Of a stretch of DNA of 64,000 bases, positions 17,037 to 25,566 are shown in pieces; the first letter of the stretch is position 1, and every line of letters starts with the position of its first letter. Where the stretch lies: contig CBDCRW010000006.1 in NCBI GenBank assembly GCA_965221125.1, positions 512,001 to 576,000 on the forward strand, in the 5' to 3' direction. Below the pieces are notes generated by a model. That model searched no databases. It worked only from the letters and a program-made list of their open reading frames with translations, and had not been told where the DNA came from. The DNA comes from Alphaproteobacteria bacterium (GTDB lineage Bacteria; Pseudomonadota; Alphaproteobacteria; UBA828). The translations under genes and the position numbers were made by a program.

Positions 17037-19031
17037 CTACAGCGTCATGCCGAGGGTGCGTCCCTCGTAGAAGGCCATGCCGGCGGTCCGTGCCGCCACC
17101 ACGTCGCCGACGGTGTGGACCTCGATGTCGTCGTCCGCGAGTTCGCGGGCGAGAGCGTCGTCGACCGTGTTGGTGGTCGCCAGCACTAGGCTGTCGAACG
17201 TGTGTTCCTGCGTCTCGCCCGTGTAGAGGTTCTGGATCGTGGCCGTGCTCCCGGCCCAGCGCGTGAGCGCGTGGCTGCAGATCACCGTGACGCCCAGCTT
17301 CGCGAATCGCTCGCGCGTGCTCGGGCCGAGATGAGAGCCGTCAAGCGTTTCGGCAGCCTTGTCGGACGGGGTGACCACGGTCACCCCGTGGCCCTGCTCG
17401 GCGAGATGCAGCGCGGTGCCTGAGGCGGGCCACCAGCCGTTGAGGTCGTCGAGCAGGAGGACCCGCTTGCCGGGCCGGGCGGTGCCCTCGAGCACGTCGT
17501 TGGCGGCGTGCACGTTCTCCTGTTCAGCGCCGGGCAGCGCATCGACGTGGGGGAGCGCGCGCTGGAACCCGGTGCGTGTCGGCTGCGACCCGGTCGAGAG
17601 CACGACCGCGTCGGCGCCGAACTCGCGAATGTCGGCGGCGGTCATCTCCTGCCCAAGCTCGACGCGGACCTGCAGCTTCTCGAGCTGCGCGCGGTACCAG
17701 CCCAGCAGCTCGCCGATCTCGTCACGCTCCGGCTGTGCGGCGGCAAGGCGGAACTGCCCGCCGAGGTCCGCCGCCTTCTCCACAAGCGTTACCCTGTGGC
17801 CGCGCGCCGCCGCAATGCGCGCGGTCTCCAGCCCGGCCGGGCCGCCGCCTACCACCAGCACGTGGCGCGGCTTGTCCGCCGGCGACGCAGCGTCGCCGTC
17901 CCACGCGTGCTCGCGGCCGACGGAGGGATTGACGAGGCAGGAGATATGGTAGTCCCGCATGCGCCGCCCGATACAAAGCTGGTTGCAGGAGATGCACGGC
18001 CGGATGTCGTCGGCGCGGCCCGCGCGCGCCTTGTTGGCGAGGTGCGGATCGGCGATCTGTCCGCGCACGATGGAGACGAGATCGCAGAGCCCGCCCGCGA
18101 TGGCGGCCTCGGCCCGCGCGGGCGTCTTGACCCGCGCTTCGGCCGTGACCAGCGCGTGCTTGACCACCTGCTTGATGGCGGCGGCATCGCCCGTGCCCAA
18201 GGGGGTCGCGTGGTGGAAGCCCGGCACGATCGCGGTGAACCTGTTGATGTAGCTGCCGGTGCCGCAAGAGAAGTAGTCCGCGAGGCCGCGCTCGTCGAGC
18301 CAGGCGAAGATCTCCTGCTTGTCGGCCATGGTGAGGCCGCCGGGATAGGGCTCCGCGCCGGAGACCGTCATGCCGACGATGAAGTCCGGCCCGCAGGCCT
18401 TGCGGATGCCATTCGCGATCTCGGTCACGAAGCGAAGCCGGTTCTCCAGCGAACCGCCCCAGGCATCGTCGCGCCGGTTGGTGAGCGGCGACCAGAACTG
18501 GTCGATCAGGCAGGAGTAGCCGGCGAAGAGGTCGACGCCGTCGAAGCCGCCCTGCTTGTCGCGCACCGCCTGGTCGATGAACGCCTGAATCAGCTCGCGA
18601 ATCTCCGCGTCGCTCATGGCGTGGCTGCCCCAGGGGTCGTGGTGACTCACCTGGCCCGAGGGCGACCAGTAGGGCGCCCAGGAGTTGTCCTGATCGCCGT
18701 GGGCGCCCACGTGGTAGATCTGGTGGCACATGACGGTGCCATGGCTGTGGCACTCGTCGGTGATCCTGCGGAAGTGGGGGATCACGGCGTCGTCGGCGAT
18801 GAAGTTGCCGCGCGTGAGCACCGCCGTCGGATGCGGCGGCGTCGGCTCGACGACGATCATCGCGGCGCCGCCCCGCGCTCGCTCGCGGTAGTAGCCGAAG
18901 TGCCGGTCGGCCGGCAGCCCGCCTTCGGCCATGTTCGCCGTGTGCGCGCCGAAGACGATGCGGCACTTGAGCGTGTGCCCCCCGAGGCGCGCCGGTGTAA
19001 ACAGGTTGGGGAAGCGTTCGGGCTGCGTCAT
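17037..19031 (-). CDS. NADH:flavin oxidoreductase (OYE barrel + [4Fe-4S] + FAD domain; StcD/DgcA/FadH-like)
   Basis: RARGGAAMI, GFDGVDL, NRRDDAWGGSLENRLRF, CISCNQLC..C (Fe-S), VVGGGPAG, VGD..AAR. Confidence 0.88.
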   Translation of the reverse strand: MTQPERFPNLFTPARLGGHTLKCRIVFGAHTANMAEGGLPADRHFGYYRERARGGAAMIVVEPTPPHPTAVLTRGNFIADDAVIPHFRRITDECHSHGTVMCHQIYHVGAHGDQDNSWAPYWSPSGQVSHHDPWGSHAMSDAEIRELIQAFIDQAVRDKQGGFDGVDLFAGYSCLIDQFWSPLTNRRDDAWGGSLENRLRFVTEIANGIRKACGPDFIVGMTVSGAEPYPGGLTMADKQEIFAWLDERGLADYFSCGTGSYINRFTAIVPGFHHATPLGTGDAAAIKQVVKHALVTAEARVKTPARAEAAIAGGLCDLVSIVRGQIADPHLANKARAGRADDIRPCISCNQLCIGRRMRDYHISCLVNPSVGREHAWDGDAASPADKPRHVLVVGGGPAGLETARIAAARGHRVTLVEKAADLGGQFRLAAAQPERDEIGELLGWYRAQLEKLQVRVELGQEMTAADIREFGADAVVLSTGSQPTRTGFQRALPHVDALPGAEQENVHAANDVLEGTARPGKRVLLLDDLNGWWPASGTALHLAEQGHGVTVVTPSDKAAETLDGSHLGPSTRERFAKLGVTVICSHALTRWAGSTATIQNLYTGETQEHTFDSLVLATTNTVDDALARELADDDIEVHTVGDVVAARTAGMAFYEGRTLGMTL

Positions 19032-19165
19032 CGCGCTCACCATTGGGGTTTCGGCCGCAAGCCGGCGGCGCGCGCCGCTCAAGGCTTGGCCGGCAACGAT
19101 AGCACCAACTGCCCCCACAGGTTTTCGTGGACATCGCCGCGCCGGCATGACATCAGGCACGCACC

Positions 19166-20077
19166 ATGCAGTGCGAGAGCGTGAGCTTCTACAGCGAGGG
19201 CGTCCGGCTCGATGGCGACCTCTACCGGCCCGACGGCGCGGGCCCGGACGACGCGCGCGCCGGCATCGTGCTCTGCCACGGCTACACGGGCGTGAAGAGC
19301 CTCTACCTGCCCGACAACGCGCGGGTGCTGACGGAGGCGGGCTACGTGGTGCTGGCCTTCGACTACAAGGGTTGGGGAGCGAGCGAGGGGCCGCGCACCC
19401 GGCTCGCGCCCTTCAGTCGCGTCGCCGATGTGCAGGCGGCGCTCACCTTCCTGGGGACCCGGCCGGGAGTCGACCCAGCGCACCTCGGCCTCTACGGCAC
19501 CAGCTACGGCGGCGCCACGGTGATCTGGGCGGCGGCGCTCGACGAGCGGGTCCGCTGCGTGGTGAGCGTGGTGGGCATCGGCGACGGCCGCCGCTGGATG
19601 CGGAGCGTGCGCCGCCCGGACGAGTGGCACGACCTGCTCGCTCGCGCGCAGGCAGACCGGGAGCAGGCCGTCGTGAGCGGCGAGTCCGCGCTCGCCGAGC
19701 GCGACGAGATTTTGATGCAGGATCGCGCATCCGCCGCGCTCTCGGCTGCGCAGCGGGCAAACAATCCCGATGCGGTCTCCACCGTGCCGGCCTCGTTCAT
19801 CGACGAGACGCTCTCCTTCCATGCCGACTGGGTGGTGGCAAAGATCGCCCCGCGTCCGCTGCTCCTCGTCACCACCGAGGACGACCGCCTGGTGCCGCCC
19901 GAGGAGTCGCAATCTCTCTACGACCTCGCCGGCGAGCCGAAACGGCTGGTGGTCCTCAAGGGTTACGGGCACTTCGATGTCTATGCCGAACCCGCCTTCG
20001 GCGAGGTGATGGCGGCGACGCTCGCCTGGTACCGGGCGCACCTGCCGGCGCAGTCGCTCGAGGCCCCGTCGGCTTGA
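19166..20077 (+). CDS. Alpha/beta-fold hydrolase
   Basis: CHG, FDYKGWGASEG, nucleophile elbow GTSYGG, D..VP, GHFDVY. Confidence 0.88.
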   Translation: MQCESVSFYSEGVRLDGDLYRPDGAGPDDARAGIVLCHGYTGVKSLYLPDNARVLTEAGYVVLAFDYKGWGASEGPRTRLAPFSRVADVQAALTFLGTRPGVDPAHLGLYGTSYGGATVIWAAALDERVRCVVSVVGIGDGRRWMRSVRRPDEWHDLLARAQADREQAVVSGESALAERDEILMQDRASAALSAAQRANNPDAVSTVPASFIDETLSFHADWVVAKIAPRPLLLVTTEDDRLVPPEESQSLYDLAGEPKRLVVLKGYGHFDVYAEPAFGEVMAATLAWYRAHLPAQSLEAPSA

Positions 20078-20081
20078 GACC

Positions 20082-21080
20082 ATGGCAGGGCCCATAACGA
20101 TCACGCTCGCGCCAGGCGGCGAGAGCTTCACCTGTGGCCCCGGCGAGACCATCCTGCGCGCGGGCCTCGCGGCGGGCTTCGCCATGCCCTACGAGTGCGC
20201 GAGCGGAAGCTGCGGCTCGTGCAAGGGGCGGCTCCTGGAAGGCGCGGTGGACTCGCTCTGGGCGGACGCGACCGGCTTGAGCGAGCGCGACCGGCGCAAG
20301 GGCGACCGCATCCTCTGCTGCCAGGCGCTGCCCCAAGGCGACTGCACGGTCCAGGTGCGCTTAGGTGAGGTGGAAGGCGCACGCGACGAGCCTGCGCCTG
20401 CACCGTTCGCGGCCACCGTCGAGACGCTGGAGCGGCTCGTGCCGGGCGTCATCGCCTTCAGCTGCCGGCCTGCGCAGCCCGTGCCGTTTCTGCCGGGCCA
20501 GTTCGTGCTGCTGCAGGTGCCGGGCGGCCAACGCCGCGCCTTCTCGATGGCGAACACCGAGGCCGAGACGCTCGCCTTCATCGTGAAGGAGAAGCCGGGC
20601 GGCCACGCCTCGCACTACCTCTTCGAGGAGCTCGCCACGGGCGACACGGTGAACCTGGAGGGGCCCTACGGCCGGGCTTATCTGCGCACGCCGCCGGAGC
20701 GCGAGATCGTCTGCGTCGCCGGCGGCTCCGGGCTCGCGCCGATGCTCTCGGTCGCACGCGCCGCCATCGCGGATCCCGATACACCGGCGGTGCGCCTCTT
20801 CTTCGGTGTGAACAATGCCGATGAGCTCTTCATGGTGGACGAAATGGAGGCGCTCGCCGCCGAGCACGACCGGCTCTCGCTCACGCTCGCGGTCCGCGAC
20901 GGCGCGCCGGGGGCCGTTACAGGCCTCGTCGGCGACGTCGCGCTGGCGGCGATGGAGGAGCTGGCCGCGTGCGACTTCTACATGGCCGGGCCGCCTGGGC
21001 TGATCGACGCGATCCTCCGGCCCGTCATGCGGAGCGGCAAGGTCCGGCCCGAGCGCATCTTCTTCGATCGTTTCTATTAG
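20082..21080 (+). CDS. [2Fe-2S]-FAD-NAD(P)H oxygenase reductase (TmoF/DmpP-like architecture)
   Basis: ECASGSCGSCK..ILCCQ (plant-type 2Fe-2S), RRAFSMA, GPYG, AGGSGLAP, YMAGPP, FFDRF. Confidence 0.9.
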   Translation: MAGPITITLAPGGESFTCGPGETILRAGLAAGFAMPYECASGSCGSCKGRLLEGAVDSLWADATGLSERDRRKGDRILCCQALPQGDCTVQVRLGEVEGARDEPAPAPFAATVETLERLVPGVIAFSCRPAQPVPFLPGQFVLLQVPGGQRRAFSMANTEAETLAFIVKEKPGGHASHYLFEELATGDTVNLEGPYGRAYLRTPPEREIVCVAGGSGLAPMLSVARAAIADPDTPAVRLFFGVNNADELFMVDEMEALAAEHDRLSLTLAVRDGAPGAVTGLVGDVALAAMEELAACDFYMAGPPGLIDAILRPVMRSGKVRPERIFFDRFY

Positions 21081-21097
21081 GTCGCGGCCCAGCGTCG

Positions 21098-21994
21098 CTA
21101 GTATTGCGGCGTGCGGATCCAGGGTTCGGGCTCGGCCGGGCCGGGGTCGGTGACGACGAAGGGCAGCGCCTGGCTGCGATGAGGCTCGGGCCACGTGTGG
21201 GGACGGAGCGTGCGGTCGGCGTCGGAATCGGTATCGATCCCCGCGCGCTCGTAGACCTGCCAAATGCGGGCCTTGATGGTCGCCGGCAGGCCCTCGTAGT
21301 CCGGGTGCCACCACAGCGTGATGTTGGTGCGCTCGGCGCCCGAGCGGTTGGGATGGGCGCCGTGGATCAGCCGCGCGTCCACCACGACGACATCGCCCGC
21401 CGTCACCGGCACGTCGACCTCGTCCGCGTGCGAGGCGAACGCGGCGTCCTCGGGGTTCTTCACCTCAGCCAGCGTGGGGTCGTGGGCATCGACGAGGTCG
21501 TGCAGCGGATGGGGCCTGCGGTGGGTGCCGGGGATCAGCCTGAGGCAGCCGTTCTCGCGCGTCGTGTCGGTCATGTAGAGGAAGAGCGCGACCTGGGCGA
21601 TGCGGTCATCGCGCGAGATCGGGTGCTGCCAGCCCCACCAATCCTGATGCCAGAAGAGCGCCGGCCCGTCCGGCGGCTTGCTGATGACGTAGCCCGACGA
21701 GAAGAGCGTGCCGTGCAGGCCGAGCCGGGCGAACATCGCCTGGAAGCCGGCATGAGCGATCAGCGGCGCGAAGGAGGGGTGGTCGGCCAAGGGGACGAGG
21801 CTTCCCTGCGAGCGCCACTGCGCCCTGTGGTCCGCGCCGATGGTCCCCAGCGCGGCCTCCGCCGCCTCTCTGGTGGCGTGCAGCGCAGTGGGGTCGAGCA
21901 CGCCTGGTGCGCGGCAGAAGCCCTCCGTGACGAGCTGCCGCCGGGCGGCCTCGCCGTCCCACACCGGCTCGCGCGGGCGGGCGGTGTCGTTCAT
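21098..21994 (-). CDS. PhyH-family Fe(II)/2-oxoglutarate dioxygenase
   Basis: WHQD, ENGCLRLIPGTH, LIHGAHPNRS..R. ATG 21994 overlaps the upstream stop. Confidence 0.88.
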   Translation of the reverse strand: MNDTARPREPVWDGEAARRQLVTEGFCRAPGVLDPTALHATREAAEAALGTIGADHRAQWRSQGSLVPLADHPSFAPLIAHAGFQAMFARLGLHGTLFSSGYVISKPPDGPALFWHQDWWGWQHPISRDDRIAQVALFLYMTDTTRENGCLRLIPGTHRRPHPLHDLVDAHDPTLAEVKNPEDAAFASHADEVDVPVTAGDVVVVDARLIHGAHPNRSGAERTNITLWWHPDYEGLPATIKARIWQVYERAGIDTDSDADRTLRPHTWPEPHRSQALPFVVTDPGPAEPEPWIRTPQY

Positions 21995-23154
21995 CCCAGC
22001 TCGCGCTCGACCAGGGTGGCCCAGTAGCTCGCGCCGATGGGCAGGATCTCGTCGTTGAAGTCGTAACCGGGGTTGTGCAGGAAGCACCCGCCGGGGCCTG
22101 AGCCGTTGCCGATCCAGATGTAGCTGCCGGGCCGGGCCTGGAGCATGTAGGCGAAGTCCTCGGAGCCCATGCAGGGGGCGAGGTCGCGGTGCACGCGGTC
22201 CGCCCCCACCACGGCGGCGGCGGCGGCCTCGGCGCGCGATGTCTCTTCCGCGGTGTTGACCGTGGCGGGGAAGCGCCCCTCCACCTTGACCGCGGCCTTG
22301 ATGCCGTAGGAGGCGGCCGTGCTCTCCGCGATCCGCTGGATGTTGGCGGCGATCAGGTCCCGCACCTCGGGTTTGAAGGTTCGCACGGTGCCGGCGAGGT
22401 CCACGGACTGCGGGATGACGTTGAAGGCATCGCCGCCGTGGATCATGGTCACGCTGACGACGCCCGCCTCCAGCGGGTCCACGTTGCGGGCCACGATCGA
22501 CTGCAGGCCGGTGACGATCTGCGCCGCCGCCACCACGGGATCGAGGCCGAGATGCGGCATGGCGCCGTGGGCGCCGGTGCCTTCCACCGAGATGGTGAAC
22601 TCGTCGCAGGCGGCCATCATGGGCCCGGTACGGACGGCGATCTCGCCCGGCGGCATGCCCGGCCAGTTGTGCATGCCGTAGACGGCGGTTGCGGGAAAGC
22701 GCTCGAACAGACCTTCCTTCACCATGGCCTCGCCGCCGCCGAGCCCCTCCTCGGCAGGCTGGAAGACGAAATAGACCGTGCCGGCGAAGTTCCGGGTCTC
22801 GGCAAGGTACTGCGCGGCCCCCAGCAGCATCGTCGTGTGCCCGTCATGGCCGCAGGCGTGCATGGTGCCGTCGTTGGTCGAGCGGTAGTCGACGTCGTTC
22901 CCCTCGAGGATCGGCAGCGCGTCCATGTCCGCGCGGAGCGCGATGGCGCCTTCGCCCGGAGCGCCTTCGAGGACGCCGACCACGCCGGTCTTCGCGAGCC
23001 CGCGATGCACCTGGATGCCGAAGGACTCGAGCTTCTCCGCCACCACGGAAGCGGTGCGCTCCTCTTCGAAGCCCAGTTCCGGGTGGGCGTGAATGTCGCG
23101 CCGCCACGCGGTCATCTCGTCGTGGATCGCGGCGATACGGTTGATGACGGGCAT
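21991..23154 (-). CDS. M20 family amidohydrolase (HipO/aminoacylase-like)
   Basis: RRDIHAHPELGFEE, LRADMDALP, MHACGHDGHT, FQPAEE, SEDFA, LHNP.YDFND. Confidence 0.93.
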   Translation of the reverse strand: MPVINRIAAIHDEMTAWRRDIHAHPELGFEEERTASVVAEKLESFGIQVHRGLAKTGVVGVLEGAPGEGAIALRADMDALPILEGNDVDYRSTNDGTMHACGHDGHTTMLLGAAQYLAETRNFAGTVYFVFQPAEEGLGGGEAMVKEGLFERFPATAVYGMHNWPGMPPGEIAVRTGPMMAACDEFTISVEGTGAHGAMPHLGLDPVVAAAQIVTGLQSIVARNVDPLEAGVVSVTMIHGGDAFNVIPQSVDLAGTVRTFKPEVRDLIAANIQRIAESTAASYGIKAAVKVEGRFPATVNTAEETSRAEAAAAAVVGADRVHRDLAPCMGSEDFAYMLQARPGSYIWIGNGSGPGGCFLHNPGYDFNDEILPIGASYWATLVERELG

Positions 23155-23259
23155 GGCGGCTGGCTCCCCGTTCGGGCTCGTGGATCAAGGGCAGGACGGC
23201 CCGCCGGCGCGCCTCGGCGCACGGACCAGCCGCCCCGATGGCGCGGCGCCCTTCGGGCG

Positions 23260-24627
23260 CTACTCGGCGGCCTCGGCCGGGACCGGGCGGTTCATGCCGA
23301 TCTCGGCGATCCGCTCCTGCGTGTAGACCTGGTGCCACATCTCGTAGGAGAACTCGGAGCGCAGGCGCTGCGCCTTCGGGTTGATGGCGAGGTTCACCGT
23401 CTCGCCGCCGAGGACGATCTCGCGGATGCGGGTGCGGTCCTGCAGCTGGGTGACGTCGGCCAGCGGATCGCCGTCGAAGACCAGGATGTCGGCGAGCCGG
23501 CCCTCTTCCAGCGCGCCCACCTGGCCGGCTTCGCGCACGAAGGTGCCGTTGTTGACCGTGGCGCAGCGCAGCGCTTCCGCCGCCGAGATGCCGAGATAGG
23601 TCACCATGTGCTCCAGCTCGCGGGCGTGCCATTCGCCGTAGGGCGTCACCGCGAAGCCAGAATCGGTGCCGGAGAGGAAGGTCACGCCCGCGTCGCGGGC
23701 CTTCGCGAGCGAGCGCTGGGCCGCCTCGATCTCGCGCTTGTGCGCGTCGGGGAAGCCCGGATAGCAGCCGTCGCCCGGCCGGGTGAAGTCGATGTCGTTC
23801 ACCACGAGGCTGAAGGTCGGGCAGATCATGCAGCCGTTCTCGACCACCGCCTCCAGGCCCTCGTCGTCCATCCAGGCGGCGTGCAGGATGACGTCGACGC
23901 CGGCGCGTGCGGAATAGAGCACGGCCTCGGCGCCCCGCGCGTGCACCACCACCTTCTTGCCGAGCCGGTGGGCCTCGGCCACCATCGCCGTGGTCTCTCC
24001 CTGGTTGTAGCCGGCGACGAGCACGCTGGTCATCGGGTTCATCGAATCGCCGTCCATGGCGATCTTGATGAAGTCCACACCGTCCTTGACCATGGTGCGG
24101 ATCTCCGCGATCCCCTCGTTCGCATCGCGGGCGAGCACGCCGATGGAGGTCTCGGGCACGCCGACCCAGCTCGGATACCAGTCGGAGAGACCCTGACGGT
24201 TGGTGATCTGGCGGCCTGAGCAGGTGATGCGGGGGCCGGTGAAGAGGCCCGCGTCGATCGCATCGCGGATCGACGGCGTGACGCGGCCGCTCGTGGTGGG
24301 ATCCGCCATCGAGGTGAAGCCCGCGGCCAGCACGCGCTGGGCCGCCTCCAGCCCACGCAGCGCGCGGAACTCGACCGGCGCGTAGAGGTCGATGTCCTCT
24401 TCGGTCTTGGCGTTGCCGTAGGAAAGATGGACGTGAACGTCGATCAGGCCGGGCATCACGAAGTGGCCGGAGTGATCCACCACCTCGTCTTCCGGCGCCG
24501 CGACGGGCGCGCCAGCGCTCGGCCCCACATAGGCGATCCGCTCGCCCTCGGTCACCACCGTCTGGTCCCGCTCTGCGCCGTCGCCGAGTCCGGTGAACAG
24601 CTGACCGCATAGAATGTGTCTGCGCAT
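23260..24627 (-). CDS. Metal-dependent amidohydrolase (TIM-barrel, Amidohydro_1)
   Basis: MPGLIDVHVH, DFIKI, VVHARG, LSGTDSG, GRLADILV. Confidence 0.9.
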   Translation of the reverse strand: MRRHILCGQLFTGLGDGAERDQTVVTEGERIAYVGPSAGAPVAAPEDEVVDHSGHFVMPGLIDVHVHLSYGNAKTEEDIDLYAPVEFRALRGLEAAQRVLAAGFTSMADPTTSGRVTPSIRDAIDAGLFTGPRITCSGRQITNRQGLSDWYPSWVGVPETSIGVLARDANEGIAEIRTMVKDGVDFIKIAMDGDSMNPMTSVLVAGYNQGETTAMVAEAHRLGKKVVVHARGAEAVLYSARAGVDVILHAAWMDDEGLEAVVENGCMICPTFSLVVNDIDFTRPGDGCYPGFPDAHKREIEAAQRSLAKARDAGVTFLSGTDSGFAVTPYGEWHARELEHMVTYLGISAAEALRCATVNNGTFVREAGQVGALEEGRLADILVFDGDPLADVTQLQDRTRIREIVLGGETVNLAINPKAQRLRSEFSYEMWHQVYTQERIAEIGMNRPVPAEAAE

Positions 24628-24714
24628 CGCCCGCTCCGTCGTTCTTTCGGCACACCCGGACTGCCGCCGCTCGGGTCCCGAGACCCGCAACGCCCCGGTT
24701 GCTCTCGCCCGGCA

Positions 24715-25527
24715 TCAGCCGAACAGCATCTGCGCCGCAGTCAGCAGTTTATCAGGATGTTCGAGCGCCGGCGAATGCCCGCACGCGGCGATCACGAAGG
24801 TGTCCGCCTTCGGGATGTGGCGGGCCAGCGCCTGCGTGTTCTCCTCGCAGGGGAAGGGCCGGTCGTCGCGGCCGTGCAGCATCATCACGTCGCACGTGAG
24901 CGCGGCCAGCTTCTCAGGCGCGAGCACGGCCTCGTCGATGAAGCGCTGCTTGTCGCCCGCGAACATGCTGCGGAAGTAGGGGCCGTACTCGCCATCGTGC
25001 AGGATCGCCATCCGCGCGTCGAGAAAGGCATCGGTGATGACGCCCGGGTCGTGGACCAGGATCTCCGCCGCCTCGCGCAGTTCCTCGCGGGTCTCGGGAA
25101 AGCGCCAGCAGATCTCTGTCTCGCGGTTGACGTTGCCGCGGGCGCCCATGGCGCCGGTGGTCATCACCTTGGTGACGCGCGGATTGTCGATGGCGAGGCC
25201 CAACGCGAGGCTCGCCGAGAGCGAATGGCCGATCACGCCGACCTCGCCTGCAGACAGGAGATCGAGCGCCGCCTGGGCCTGGCGCCGCCAGAGCGGGAGG
25301 TCGAAGTAGGGCTCCTCGGCCTTGCGGCCGGAGGCGCCGAAGCCAATCAGATCGGTGGCCAGAATGCGGTAGCGGGCGGCCAGCGGCTCCAGCACCAGCC
25401 GCCAGTTGCCGATGGTGCCGGCGCCGGGGCCTGAGCCGTGCAGCATCAGGATGGGAAAGCCCTCGCCCCCTTCCCAGATGTGAACGCGGTATCCCTCGAC
25501 CGTGATGTCGCGCTCGGCCAGTGCCAT
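24715..25527 (-). CDS. Alpha/beta hydrolase (meta-cleavage-product-hydrolase-like)
   Basis: LHGSGPG..NW, DLIGFGAS, GHSLSA, HGRDD, CGH. Confidence 0.85.
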   Translation of the reverse strand: MALAERDITVEGYRVHIWEGGEGFPILMLHGSGPGAGTIGNWRLVLEPLAARYRILATDLIGFGASGRKAEEPYFDLPLWRRQAQAALDLLSAGEVGVIGHSLSASLALGLAIDNPRVTKVMTTGAMGARGNVNRETEICWRFPETREELREAAEILVHDPGVITDAFLDARMAILHDGEYGPYFRSMFAGDKQRFIDEAVLAPEKLAALTCDVMMLHGRDDRPFPCEENTQALARHIPKADTFVIAACGHSPALEHPDKLLTAAQMLFG

Positions 25528-25566
25528 GTCGTCCTCTCGATGTCGATTGCTGGGCGCGTGCGGGAC

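Noticed and set aside
17037-19031. Histamine or trimethylamine dehydrogenase partnering HdcA
   Set aside because: It lacks the N-terminal cysteine for 6-S-cysteinyl-FMN (AHT instead of PHC) and lies in a separate transcription unit.
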